Assembly: GCA_937625935.1 (NCBI GenBank)
Contig: OW569375.1
Coordinates: forward strand, 372,001 to 436,000
Reading direction: 5' to 3'
Source of the DNA: Tetramitus jugosus
Taxonomy: Eukaryota; Protista; Heterolobosea
Length of the DNA stretch: 64,000 bases
A model generated the notes under the pieces. It saw only the letters and a list, made by a program, of their open reading frames with translations, searched no databases and was not told the origin of the DNA. Below, in pieces: positions 33,544-45,232 of this stretch. Positions within the stretch are counted from its first letter, which is position 1. Each line of letters opens with the position of its first letter. Position numbers and translations under genes: made by a program.

Positions 33544-36105
33544 ATGTCCATGGGAAGAAGCACACGATTCCTGTGCTACCTACTGCTCCTCGTGAGCATC
33601 ATGGTCACATTCGCCACAGCAATCGACCCCAAATATCAACTGTTCAACCTTGAGAGAACACCCACTGGTTACCAAGGCCAATTGAAGCTCCAAGAGGGTA
33701 GTGGTCCATTCGGTAACGATATTCAAGACCTCAAATTCCAAATGTTCTACGAGACGAACACTCGTCTTCACATCAAGATCACTGATCTCAATGAACAAAG
33801 ATGGCAACTACCAAAGCAATTACTCAAGAGTGAATTGCCAAGTGTTGCTGCTGCCAATCCAAAGTACAATGTCGAATTCCAAAAGTATCCATTCGGATTC
33901 AAGGTCACTAGAAACGGTGGTGGAGGTGATAATGTCATTTTTGACAGCAGTACCAAGCCATTTATTTTTGAGGATCAGTTTATTCAGATTGGAACCCAGT
34001 TTTCAAGAAGAGATCCAAACATTTATGGATTGGGTGAGAGAGTGCATCCATTGAGACTCAACACGTCTGATGTTGCGTACACAATGTTCAATTTGGACAA
34101 TTTGAATCGTTTTAGAGAGAATTTGTACGGTACTCATCCATTTTATATGGAGTTGAAGGATGATCGCACAGCCTATGGTGTCTTCTTGTTCAATGGTAAT
34201 GCCATGGATGTTCGATTAGAGCCAAATGCACTCAGCTATAGAACCATTGGTGGTGTCATTGATTTGTACATATTTTTGGGACCTGAGCCAGAAACTGTTG
34301 TGAAGCAGTATCAAGAAGTGATTGGTAAGCCAATTTTGCCACCATTTTGGTCATTCGGATGGCATCAGTGCAAGTATGGATACAAGGATCTGGATGAAGT
34401 GAAGGCTGTTGTGAATACCTATGCAAAGTACAAGCTTCCATTGGAAGCCATGTGGAACGATATTGACTACATGGATGCCTACAAGGATTTCACATGGGAT
34501 CCACAGAGATACAACATTGAACAAGTGAAGAAGTTTGTTGATGATTTGCACAACAAGGATCAACGCTACGTTGTCATTATTGATCCTGCCATTGCAAATG
34601 AACCTGGATATGCTCCATATGACGAAGGTGTTCAAAAGAACATTTTCATCAATAGTGCACAGACTGGAAAGGCATTGGTGAACAAGCAATGGCCTGGATT
34701 GTCTGTCTTCCCTGATTTCACTAACCCAGCCACCACTGAATACTGGGCAAAGTTTGTTGAAAAGTTTATTACTGATGTGCCAATTGATGCCTTGTGGTTG
34801 GACATGAACGAAATCTCCGGATTCTGTGACGGTGTCTGTAACACTACTAGCAAAGTTAGAAAGACAAAGGCTGGACCATTCAGAGATGTGAACAATCCAC
34901 CATTTGTTCCAGATAATGGCGGTACCAGAACATTGGACTACAAGACTATGAGTATGGACGCAAAGCACTACCTCGGACAACAGTATGATGTGCACAACAT
35001 TTTTGCAAACTTTGAGATCAATGCTACTTTGCCATCTCTCCAGAAGGTCACAGGTAAGAGACCATGGATCGTCACTCGTGCTTCCTATGCTGGTATGGGT
35101 AGTCTTGCTACTCACTGGCTCGGTGACAATGAATCCACTTGGGAGTCTTTGAAGCTTTCCATTTCCGGAATGTTGAACATGAACATTTTCGGTATTCCGA
35201 TGGTTGGTGCTGATATCTGTGGCTTCATGGGTAACACTACCATGGAGTTGTGTGCCAGATGGACTCAATTGGGCTCATTCTATCCATTTGCTAGAAATCA
35301 TAACACTTTGGGCTCTATCCCTCAAGAACCATACGTCTTCGGTCAGGCATTCGTCGATATGACCAAGAACCTGTTGGCTGTCAGATACTCATTGTTGAAC
35401 TATTTCTACACTTTGTTCGCCGATGTTCACAAACACGGTGGTACTGTTGTCAGACCATTGTTCTTCGAGTTCAGCGATCCAAAGTTGGAATTTATTGACA
35501 CTCAGTTCATGATTGGTAGTGGTCTTTTGATTTCTCCAGTTGTCGCTGAAGGCGCAAGAGTCAGAGATGCTTACTTCCCAGGTGAGGACAAGTGGTACGA
35601 CTTCTACTCTGGTGCATTCTTGACCAAGGGTGGTGTGAGCAAGTCCTTGTATGCTCCACTGACCTTCATTCCTGTTCACGTCCGTGGTGGATCTGTTATT
35701 CCAAAGCAGTTCCCTGGTTTGACAACTTCTGAAGTGCGTAACAATCCATTTGAGATCTTGATTGCTCTCGATGATTATCACTCTGCTTATGGTACACTGA
35801 TCTTGGATGATGGCGACAGTGTTGACACATTGGAGAATGGTCAATACACTGAGATTAGCTATGATGCTGGAAAGATGGACGCAGGCACTATTTCTCTGAG
35901 CTCAAAGGTTGGAAAGAACGGATATGCAGCTGCTTCTCAAAGAATTGTTGGCCAAGTGACTGTATTTGGTGTTCCAAGCATCTGCCAAGTTTCAATCAAC
36001 GGACAACCTACCGCCAACTATGAAGTGAACAAGGAGTTCAATGTTCTAAGAATCAAGACTACATTGACTCTGACTGATCCATTCACAGTTTCTTTCGGAT
36101 GTTAA
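33544..36105 (+). CDS. Glycoside hydrolase family 31 alpha-glucosidase (lysosomal GAA-like)
   Basis: Signal peptide; IYGLGE, WNDIDYM, WLDMNE (nucleophile), HWLGDN (acid/base), GADICGF, FYPFARNHN. Confidence 0.96.
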   Translation: MSMGRSTRFLCYLLLLVSIMVTFATAIDPKYQLFNLERTPTGYQGQLKLQEGSGPFGNDIQDLKFQMFYETNTRLHIKITDLNEQRWQLPKQLLKSELPSVAAANPKYNVEFQKYPFGFKVTRNGGGGDNVIFDSSTKPFIFEDQFIQIGTQFSRRDPNIYGLGERVHPLRLNTSDVAYTMFNLDNLNRFRENLYGTHPFYMELKDDRTAYGVFLFNGNAMDVRLEPNALSYRTIGGVIDLYIFLGPEPETVVKQYQEVIGKPILPPFWSFGWHQCKYGYKDLDEVKAVVNTYAKYKLPLEAMWNDIDYMDAYKDFTWDPQRYNIEQVKKFVDDLHNKDQRYVVIIDPAIANEPGYAPYDEGVQKNIFINSAQTGKALVNKQWPGLSVFPDFTNPATTEYWAKFVEKFITDVPIDALWLDMNEISGFCDGVCNTTSKVRKTKAGPFRDVNNPPFVPDNGGTRTLDYKTMSMDAKHYLGQQYDVHNIFANFEINATLPSLQKVTGKRPWIVTRASYAGMGSLATHWLGDNESTWESLKLSISGMLNMNIFGIPMVGADICGFMGNTTMELCARWTQLGSFYPFARNHNTLGSIPQEPYVFGQAFVDMTKNLLAVRYSLLNYFYTLFADVHKHGGTVVRPLFFEFSDPKLEFIDTQFMIGSGLLISPVVAEGARVRDAYFPGEDKWYDFYSGAFLTKGGVSKSLYAPLTFIPVHVRGGSVIPKQFPGLTTSEVRNNPFEILIALDDYHSAYGTLILDDGDSVDTLENGQYTEISYDAGKMDAGTISLSSKVGKNGYAAASQRIVGQVTVFGVPSICQVSINGQPTANYEVNKEFNVLRIKTTLTLTDPFTVSFGC

Positions 36106-36198
36106 ATTAATATACACTTTTTCTTGCGGTTTGAATTTTTACTTTGCATGTGCATACTTTGAAGTTGAGAATTTTGTATGTTGCCAAAAGGTGACTCT

Positions 36199-36900
36199 TT
36201 AGTTCTTTTGGATCGGTAAGAATAATTTGAATTCGCTTGGTAGTTCATTCTCCGAATACAATCGATCACTAAAGTAGATTCGTCTAATCCTGCAATTGGC
36301 ATGAATTTGCACTTGCAGAGTTTCTAGATAGTTCGTTCCGTAGGCTCTTCTTGTAAAATCTGATAAATTGAATTGTATTTGATTCCAACCTTCGTCTAAA
36401 CGCATAGGCATCGTACAAATGAATGGTTTTACTCTTGTTGTCGTCTGGTAATTACTAGCCCGGAACCTTCTCTTTATATTCTTGTCATCCAGTACTTGGA
36501 CCTCAAATGTAAAGTACTTTTTCAGCTATTGATTTAAAAATGGAGTGAATAAATGGGTCAAAGGGAGAACTCACTTAACACAACTTACATTTTTAATAAT
36601 CATCACAAGAAAGGGTAGTTTTATACCAAGTGTTTTCTTTGCATCTGCTGGACATGTGATAAAAGTGGTGCTGACATTTGTTCCAATAATTTCAAGCACA
36701 GATGATTGAATGTCTTGATCAGTGATTCTCTTGATGTGACCGTTCCTCACTAACGAATCAATCAGAGTCAATTTATGGATCATATCACTGCTTGTTCACA
36801 CACAAGAGAACATACCTTGTTTATCCCAAATTTGTAATGGTTTAGAACCAATGCTGTAAAGAATGGACAGAAATCCGGATTGGAATGTGTTTTTAAACAT
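36199..36900 (-). CDS. CFAP20: Cilia- and flagella-associated protein 20 (BUG22); exons 36900-36816, 36749-36589, 36525-36199
   Basis: Spliced product [39 protein letters not shown]...LGIKLPF...[18 protein letters not shown]. Two GT-AG introns of 66 and 63 nt. Confidence 0.96.
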
Positions 36901-37133
36901 GGTATGTACAGATAGATGGGATGTTGGGTTCACGACTTTAAAGTGTAAATGAACTATTGAGAAATGTAGGTTTTCGTTTCAGAAGCGGTAGATGAGCAGT
37001 TTTGTTGGTTACCACGATCGTTTTTCAGTAGTTGCAACGTTGGGAATTCAGGCGCGCAAATAAAAAGGCGGCAGTCTTTCGCTCGCGAACAAATAGCTCA
37101 TTTCCAGAAAATCGGCGAACTCCACATTTCCTC

Positions 37134-38783
37134 ATGAGTTTGGAAGCACAAGCAAAACAAAATCAAACAGAAAACAAAGCAATGAACAACTACGAAAACG
37201 ACGATGAATATGACGACGAAGACAACCACCATAACCACCACGAGATTCTCGTCAACAACCACTTTCGCCACATTCCTGGTCCAGCCGGAGAAATTTTCAT
37301 CAGTGATGATCATTTGAAGAATCAGCAACTGTATCAGCAACAGTTTACTCAAATGCAACAAAGTAAAAAAAATTCAAGTAATAACAGTAACAATAATAAT
37401 AATAGTAACATGAACAATAGTAACAAGGAAAAGAAGCTACAAGAGGAATTTGAGAAAAATTTGCGAAATTCATTGGAAAAGTTTTTGATTGATAATGGAT
37501 TACCTAATGGCATGGACATTTGTCGAAACAATAGTATCATTTTTATGAAGAGTGGTAATCATTTTGAGAAGAAGGTGACGTTGGCTGCCATGTGCGTAAA
37601 GAATATCATTCGATATGATTCTGTTCAATCGGCTAGTGTTTTACTGTGTGATTTCTATCGGTCTCCTTCATCGTCATCGACTACGCATCACTCTTCCTCA
37701 CCACAACCTCATGGTGTAGGTAGCAGTAGTGGTACTAGTGTTGCATCGTCGAACACGGGTGGATTATCGGATGAAAATCTGATTGAAGCAACTATTCATC
37801 GATCTGTGATTGAAAAGTATCCCCATGTGCTGACACCGGGAACGTTGTTACTACTCAAAAAGTTTTGTTTGTTTCATCCTTCGCCAAGAACGCATCACTT
37901 GATATTGACACCAAAGAATATTGTCAACATTTTTTCATCTGGAGCGGCTCAGAAGCGAATCGAGAAGAGTTTGGGGATTAGTTCGTCTCAGACAAGTTCA
38001 GTCTCTTCTTCATCTTCTTCCTCATCGAGCAGTACTAGAAGACCCGAGAAACAAACAGATAGGAGCTCAGTCTCCACGACAAATGTAGATAGAGTTGAAG
38101 AGAGCAGATCTTATCACCACCATGAAGAGGAGCGAGTGATGGAAAATGTGGAAGAGAGAAGATCACATGAACAATTGAGCACTGTTGTTCGGTTTTCGAG
38201 TCACAATAAGGATAGTGGTGCTGATAGAATTAGTAACGATGCTCCTCGGAGACCATTCGTATTACCTCCACCACCCAGTACAATCAAACAAAAGAACAAG
38301 AGAACATTGGAAGAGCAGCAACGAGCATCAGTGTACCCCAAGCCACAGTTTTCAAGTGTCTGAAACAATAGTAACAACAACGAAATCGATACAGATATGG
38401 AAATCACTGATACAATGGATGTATTGTCAGACGCAAAGGAATTGTTGAATTATCCTGATCAAGCATCTCAAGTCCTAATACCTGATGGGGATACTGAGCA
38501 AAATGATATGCAAATCAATGATGAGCCTCCTCAAAAGAAGGCACGCTTAATGGAGGATGATGATGACGATGAGGAGGAGGAGGATAATGTTAGTGATGAC
38601 AAACAACAACAACAAACACAAAGCACCCAATCAAAGGAACAACACTATGCTCCAGCAGATGATTTTGATATGTTTAATCATGAACTCTATGCAGATGAAG
38701 AGCAAGATGAGAGACACACCCTAGGAGACCACATTGACAACTTGGAAGTTGAAGATATCCAGAACGAGGACGAGTTCTTCTAG
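37134..38783 (+). CDS. HROB: HROB/C17orf53-like OB-fold protein (MCM8-9 cofactor); reading frame interrupted by TGA at 38361-38363
   Basis: IPGPAG motif and IEATIHRSVI...LTPGTLLLLKKF.LF.PS...HHLILTPKNIVNIF. ORF 38397..38783 is in the same frame after one TGA. The conserved part ends before 38363. Confidence 0.75.
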
Positions 38784-38939
38784 GAGATTATCCTTTTGTA
38801 TTTATTCGGAGTAAATTCTCCGCTTTTCTTCTTGCAAAATTTGGAACTTTCAAAAAAATGACCGTTACATTCGAGAAACTTTTCAAACAAATCAAAATTC
38901 TCGAGAAACGAAGCTCGAAACCATATTGATCGAAACCAT

Positions 38940-40361
38940 ATGAGAAAAAGTGTCATTCCATTGAATAATCGGCGCAGACTTGCGCTACAGAAGCAGCAAC
39001 AAGAAGAAGCTTCTTCGAAACGACCTGACTTTCAAAACCTGGAACAAGTCATTGAGTATTACTTGTGCTTATCATTAAAACAAGATGATGCTGTTGTTGG
39101 TTCCTTCATGTTGAATAGTACAGGTGGTTCCCAGTCGAGTGAACCAGAGAATCGAAGCAACACGTACCACAGTCCATTTAGTCAACGAGAATTTTCTCAG
39201 GTGCAATTCTCCTCTCCCGCCCTCGCCCGATCGAATGTTCCAACACAATCAACGCCAACTACGGCTGAACAAGGCGAGACGGAATGTTTGTCGTCGGCGG
39301 AACTTCAAAGGAAATATCGAGAATTGTATCCGATTGGCTTGTCTAATGTGATCCCAGAGGTGTTCCATGCTCTGAATGAGACATCAGACCGATTATTGTC
39401 TCAAATGAGCAAGGAACAGCACAGTGATCATGAAACGGTTGTTGAAGAAGACTTCAATTCTCAATCGAATGAGAGTAATGGTAAACGTGTGAGTGAATCG
39501 ATGGCAAAGGCTCACTTTAACAATGAACATGTTCAGAGCTTGTTTCGGAATTTGTTTAAGCCCAAACTTTTTTTGCTAAAGAGTTATGACCAAGGGTTAA
39601 GAGAGCAGTTGGATCAAGTCAAATTGAAAGCCACGAGGGACAAGTTTATTCGTGAGCTTCAAATTCAAGTCCTGCTTAGCTTTTTGTTCTTGTTAAAGCT
39701 GTACTCGACAGATCGAATCAAACCAAAGAAATTAGACATGATTTCTGGATTGTTGAGCACTTGCAAGGGATTCTATTATGACTCGGATGAAATGTTCAAT
39801 GTCTTTCTGCGGAAAACAATGTTAATCGAACCATTGCTGTCAAAGTTTCCTCGTGCACTTATAGCCCTGTTCAAAAAGTTTTTGTTACCTGTTCCACCAG
39901 AGCTCCAATCAAGTGCTAATAAGAAGAACAATCGTTTAATCTTGATGAATGGTAGTAGTGAGAATAATCATTTGACATTCCAAGAAGAAGCAGTTGGCGG
40001 AAGCACTCCTGGAGATAAGAAGATTGATGATGATGAAGAGGACGCGTATCAGGAAAGCAATACTTACGAGGAGTTAATGGCTAATATGAAGAAGAAAACA
40101 GATGTTTTCAGTCGTCGTCTGTTGCTCGATACACCATCTAGGACCTTTAGAATGCCCTCTTCCATGACTCCAATGGGACCACCTCCACCGACACCAGAGG
40201 TCACCTACACTCGAGGTGTGAATGTTGCACCTACTCCAGATTTCGGTATTGCAACAACAGGCAGAAAGAAGAAGCGAAAATTCATGCAAACGAAGAAGAT
40301 TCTAAACTTTAGTTTGCCAGAGGGTGATCCTGAACCAAAGCGACAAAAGGTTGCAACCTAG
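38940..40361 (+). CDS. Candidate Sld3/Treslin (TICRR)-like replication initiation factor
   Basis: IRELQIQVLL resembles the Sld3/Treslin RE.QLQ motif, followed by FLRK...FPRALIALF and a C-terminal cluster of TP sites plus a basic NLS. The gene is secure; the family call is tentative. Confidence 0.5.
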   Translation: MRKSVIPLNNRRRLALQKQQQEEASSKRPDFQNLEQVIEYYLCLSLKQDDAVVGSFMLNSTGGSQSSEPENRSNTYHSPFSQREFSQVQFSSPALARSNVPTQSTPTTAEQGETECLSSAELQRKYRELYPIGLSNVIPEVFHALNETSDRLLSQMSKEQHSDHETVVEEDFNSQSNESNGKRVSESMAKAHFNNEHVQSLFRNLFKPKLFLLKSYDQGLREQLDQVKLKATRDKFIRELQIQVLLSFLFLLKLYSTDRIKPKKLDMISGLLSTCKGFYYDSDEMFNVFLRKTMLIEPLLSKFPRALIALFKKFLLPVPPELQSSANKKNNRLILMNGSSENNHLTFQEEAVGGSTPGDKKIDDDEEDAYQESNTYEELMANMKKKTDVFSRRLLLDTPSRTFRMPSSMTPMGPPPPTPEVTYTRGVNVAPTPDFGIATTGRKKKRKFMQTKKILNFSLPEGDPEPKRQKVAT

Positions 40362-40439
40362 TTATGAGGATTCAGTACTGTATAAAAATGTTGATATTGC
40401 CATTGTTTGGAACAATGGGAACTTAACCAAATAATCAGT

Positions 40440-43400
40440 TTATCGATCTATTTTATCAGCAGTTTCAAAGATTGAGTCGACAAATGACAACGCCAATCCG
40501 TAATCTGTCCTGATCCGGATCTGGGTGCTCACTGATTCGTCTTGCTCTGTGATGGGTTGGCACCAAAGGAGTAAATGATACTTTGGTGGCAGGAATACAA
40601 TGGCACATTCGGGTTTGGATGGAACAATAAATGGAGCTAATGTAGGACAGTTGTCTTTGAAATTCCAATCTTTGTGCATGACTCGAACAGACTCTGTCCA
40701 TTCGGTTGACTTCACATTCTTATGTTTCGGTGATCGAAGAGAGTTCGTGCTCGAATTGGTTGGAATCTTTCTTCTTCGTTGTCTCGTCTCTAACAAAATA
40801 TCTGTGGCTTTCATTGTCCATATGGCATCGAACAAAATCTCCTCCAAACATTGATGTGAGTACTTCTGGCGAAGTAGATCAGTGAGTGGCAGCGGCAGGA
40901 ACAAATCCTTAAAATTGATATTTAAGTTGTTCAGTTGTGTGACGCATAGAACCCCTGTGTCAATGTGATTGGTTCCAAAATGATCTACGGACTCATCTCG
41001 ATTGTTCTGAGCGCTATTAGACGCAGTGAACTGAGCATTGACTTGGAATACTCCAGGTAAAGGCCTAGTGGGATAGAAATGAAGTGTAAAAACATGCTCT
41101 GATAGTGAGGTTGCATTCTGGGCAATCGGAGGACTCAAGAAGGGAACCCTAACTGGCTTGATATTGGTCAAATGATGTGTTTGAGCACCTGAAAAGCTCA
41201 TTGTTAAGCCATAAACCTTGGCAGATGGCATCATTGGATCGCCTAGCTCCTCTCTGCTCTGAACTCTTTGCTTATTTACTTCCTCCCTTGTGGCATATCG
41301 CAACTTGAATTGCAACTCAATTTTGACAGCTGATATTGCAGACTCTGATGGTATGTTTGGTTCTGGTAGAAGACTTTCGTTGATATTATTTCCATGAGTC
41401 AATTTGAGAAGTTTGTTCATTTTAACCAAATGAACGTAGTGAGATCTGACAATATCTGCTATGGTTTCGTCACTGCACTCTTGTTTTCGGTTAATCGCTT
41501 CCTTTTGTTGAGTATCTGACACATCGTTTGTTTCGATACGTTCTAGATACAAGAATGGTAGAATGCGTTGTATTTGATTAGATGGCTTGTTAATGGCCGA
41601 TTTTGTGCGCAACATTCTCATAGTATCTCTATACTGAGCAGCTCGTTCATTCTCATCCAATGATAGAATATCTTGCAAGATAAATGCGAGCTTCTCCCCT
41701 TGTAGTGTAGTAAATAATCGATAATAGATATTGGCCCTATCCTTAATATCAACATTTTCATAATTTTTGCTCAACACGTGCAGTAAATTAATAAGGGGAT
41801 CATAGGCTGCGTGCGTTGATTTATCACTATCTCTAATACTAATGTTCACCATTGCTAATCGACAAGTCTTTAAAATTTCATCGCCAACTTCCCAATCTCC
41901 CGCCTGGCAAATGTGCTCCTGTCTCATATATTGGTATAAATAAGTTAATAAATTAAATGGGTCTATGAATGGATCCTCTGCAATGCGTTGTATGAGAGGA
42001 AAATAATAATGGATACTTTGAGAACGACTAGATAGCAGGCACAAGCGAGATTCCAATGAAGATAAGAATGATTTCGTGATTGTGAGATACTGTTCTGGAT
42101 CTGCAACTGATTTTGCAAATTCTTCGTACTTGTCAATAAAGTGTATCACGTTTTCTAGAATAAATGACTGTATCTTCCGATTTACACTTTGTGCTTCGAC
42201 CTCTCGGTCAATCATTTGAACCATATAATAATAGATGCGATTGTAATAAGAGGGTTGCTTCTGTAGCAACCGGAATAGAAAATCGAAAATGATATCGACT
42301 CGTCTGTTCTGTCCCCTCAGCTCCTTAAAGAAAAAGTAATCGTTCAAACAAACGAGAACATCCAACAGATTATCGCCTTTTTGGACAGTCCCACTACCTC
42401 TTGAAGCTGTTACATTATTGCTATATGACGCCGTTATACACTTGAGTTTCGCCTCCTTCAAAATAAGATCATCGAGAGACATTGGGAAAAATTGTCGATA
42501 GTATTGTTGCAGGAAGGAGGAATTTTGCGCATGTACCGTCCTTAATAGAGATATCATCCAATGCACTGCTAATGTTCTAAAATGAGAAGGCATCGAATAG
42601 TCTCTCATCATCCATGTCAACTTCATCAGCAACACTGACTCGTCATTCACATTCACCTCCATGTTTGTGCTGCTAAAATGCTTCAAAACTCGGTAAAAGT
42701 AGTGGAACTGAAGCGGATTCATTCCATAAATTTCACCCTTGAAGCAGTTACGAATCACATGAATGGGAAACTCTGTGAATGGAACAATGCGAAACAAGTG
42801 CTCCAATATGGTCGTTTCTCCCCAAACAGAAAACAAGGCACAATTCTCAACAACAAACGATAAGCACTGATGCACTTCCTTCTTCAAATCTGGAAGCAAG
42901 TAAGGTACAGTAATATTGTTTGACAGTGGAGACATCATATTGCTTGATCCATAACTCTGCATTACACTCGGAATAACAAATTTGATGGCAATACCATGAC
43001 CGTCATTCCCTACTCCAGTACTATAGTGCTGGTGATTGACATAAAAGTCATTATTGACAGCAAATCGATTTCCTCCACTGCTCACCGCAGTCGTCATTGT
43101 TGCCGTAGGTTGCTGTTGATGATAAAGCATCAATATTTTCTGTATCCAATTGTCCAAAACAATCATCAACAGTGTCGTATACGATTGAAGAATGTGAGAG
43201 CTTTCATTCTGACACAGTCGCAACAAATGAAACACATAGGACGACAGGAGACCAGGGTATTGACACTCTAGTTCATAGAGACACTCACAACACATTTGAC
43301 GAATCATTCGATTTTGAGAGCTCTGAGAAGACACACATGTCAACAGATAGGACACAAATGATTGAAATGTAGATTGATCCTTCTGGATCACATCCAATTC

Positions 43401-43899
43401 AATCATCATTGAACCAATGCATGTAATAATCTAATAAACAGCACACAAACACGATATCAAACAACCAACAACATCCATCATACCACATGGATCAACTTTT
43501 AATCATATGAAAACAACAACAACAACAAAATTTACATTAAATAGAGAAAAATATCGTACGTACATGTGAATCAACAAAAGCATTATTCTGATGATTACGA
43601 TTCTGTTGTAAAATGGCCATTAATCGCTCAAATGTCTCACAAAACAATGAAATATTGTTCTTGAAGAGAGGAGAACACTGATCCTGCAGATAATGTAAAT
43701 GATAGAGTTGAAAAGAATGATTATAAATGTCATTGGCACTTAAAACCACAAAATCTTGTTGTAGGTTCTGCTGCTGTTGTTGTTGTGAGCTTGAATGTTG
43801 TAAGATGTGAACAATTTGATTGATAATTTCAATCACAGCTGATGTGTTGTTGTTGTTATGGTGAAGGAGCAACCCTTCATCGAACAACAAGGGAAACAT
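40440..43899 (-). CDS. AP5B1: AP-5 adaptor complex subunit beta-1; exons 43899-43564 and 43430-40440
   Basis: RQMCCECLYELECQYPGLL, DIKDRANIYYRL, VFLPPKYHLLL...IRIRTD. Intron 43563-43431 (GTACGT...TAG) is in frame. Confidence 0.8.
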
Positions 43900-44074
43900 G
43901 TGAAAGCTTTTTATGTTTGTTCTCTCTGCAAATACGCGGGTATTTTCTCCGGTTGCATCGGTGTATTTCCGGCAGCTAAAAATTCTGATTGGTTGGAGGT
44001 GAATTTGAGTTGTTTTGAGAGAAGATGTGCCAGCTGGGAATTGAAAACCAACAACACAAAAAGATCATAACACC

Positions 44075-44989
44075 ATGGAGTCTTCTTTCTTGAAAGGAAG
44101 AGATTTGGATCAGAATCTCATCCCTGTTATTTCACTTGAAAACTATGAGCAAAACTATGAGAGAATAGCTCAGGAGATCAAGAGAGCATGTGAGACCATT
44201 GGTTTCTTCTATTTGAGTAACCATGGGTTAGAGGAACAAGCACGTGAAGTGTTTCGATACTCGCAGCAAATGTTCACCGGTCTGACACAGAGCCAGAAGG
44301 ATCAATTCAAGATTACGAGTCACAGTGGAAATCGTGGCTATTGTTTGAATGCTGCCGAGGAGTTGCAAAAGGGTGTTGTCGATAACAAGGAAGCTTTCAA
44401 TGTTGGCAAGCCAGAAACGGATGATAATCAATCGTGTTGGCCAAGCGATTTAGATTTGCCAGAGCAGATTGCAGATTTTAGGCCAAAGATGCAATCCTTT
44501 TATGACTCGTGTCATGAATTTGTAACGAACAGATTGTTGAATTGTTTGGCAATTGGTCTGGGTTGGGAGGAGAACTTTTTTCAATTGAATCATACCGAGA
44601 AGCCTCATACGTTCCGATTGTTGCACTATCCACCTGCGAGAGAAGCGTCTGGAGAATTGAGTATTGCTGCAGGAGAGCACTCGGACTATGGTACGATCAC
44701 TCTATTGTTCCAGGATCAAACTGGTGGCTTGCAGGTCCGTGATTTGAATAACGATTGGGTCAATGTGACACCAATTGAAGGAACCATCGTGGTCAATATT
44801 GCAGACCTGTTGCAGAAATGGACCGATGGTAAATATGTGAGCACAAAGCACAGAGTCATTCAAAAGAAGAGTAGCTCTGATCGATACTCTATGGCCTACT
44901 TTGTCCACCCAAATCCAAAAACGCCAGTCAAGGAGACTACAGCCATCGAGTACTTACTGATGCGTCTCAACGACACGCACAAGTATTGA
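44075..44989 (+). CDS. 2-oxoglutarate/Fe(II) dioxygenase, IPNS/DIOX (ACO-like fold) family
   Basis: IPVISL, ACETIGFFYLSNHG, RLLHYPP, HSDYGTITLLFQD (HxD), STKHRV, RYS. Confidence 0.93.
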   Translation: MESSFLKGRDLDQNLIPVISLENYEQNYERIAQEIKRACETIGFFYLSNHGLEEQAREVFRYSQQMFTGLTQSQKDQFKITSHSGNRGYCLNAAEELQKGVVDNKEAFNVGKPETDDNQSCWPSDLDLPEQIADFRPKMQSFYDSCHEFVTNRLLNCLAIGLGWEENFFQLNHTEKPHTFRLLHYPPAREASGELSIAAGEHSDYGTITLLFQDQTGGLQVRDLNNDWVNVTPIEGTIVVNIADLLQKWTDGKYVSTKHRVIQKKSSSDRYSMAYFVHPNPKTPVKETTAIEYLLMRLNDTHKY

Positions 44990-45232
44990 TATTGGACATC
45001 AATCGTATTTGCTTCCATTATAAATTATTTTGGATGATACTTTGCAGTGTGGAAAGTTACACAATTTTGGTTGTATTCATTTATTCCGATGTTCTTTTTT
45101 TATGGTCCGGGTATGGGCTTGGTCAACTGAGTGGTCGCGACTTTCATCTTTCGGACAACATGAGCCGCTCTTCCAACAGAGAAACCAAACCTCTACTTCC
45201 ATACTACCTTCATACTCCCGATCTCAAATACA

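Noticed and set aside
34351-35268. Long antisense ORFs (this one, 1146..1841, 51263..51817 and others)
   Set aside because: Shadows of well-supported genes on the opposite strand, explained by codon bias or repeats.
38858-38912. Hairpin (tcgagaa/ttctcga) as a SECIS for the HROB TGA
   Set aside because: Register does not give a convincing UGAN/NGAN core with an 11-13 bp helix. The TGA sits in a disordered linker, and the region is the next gene's promoter.
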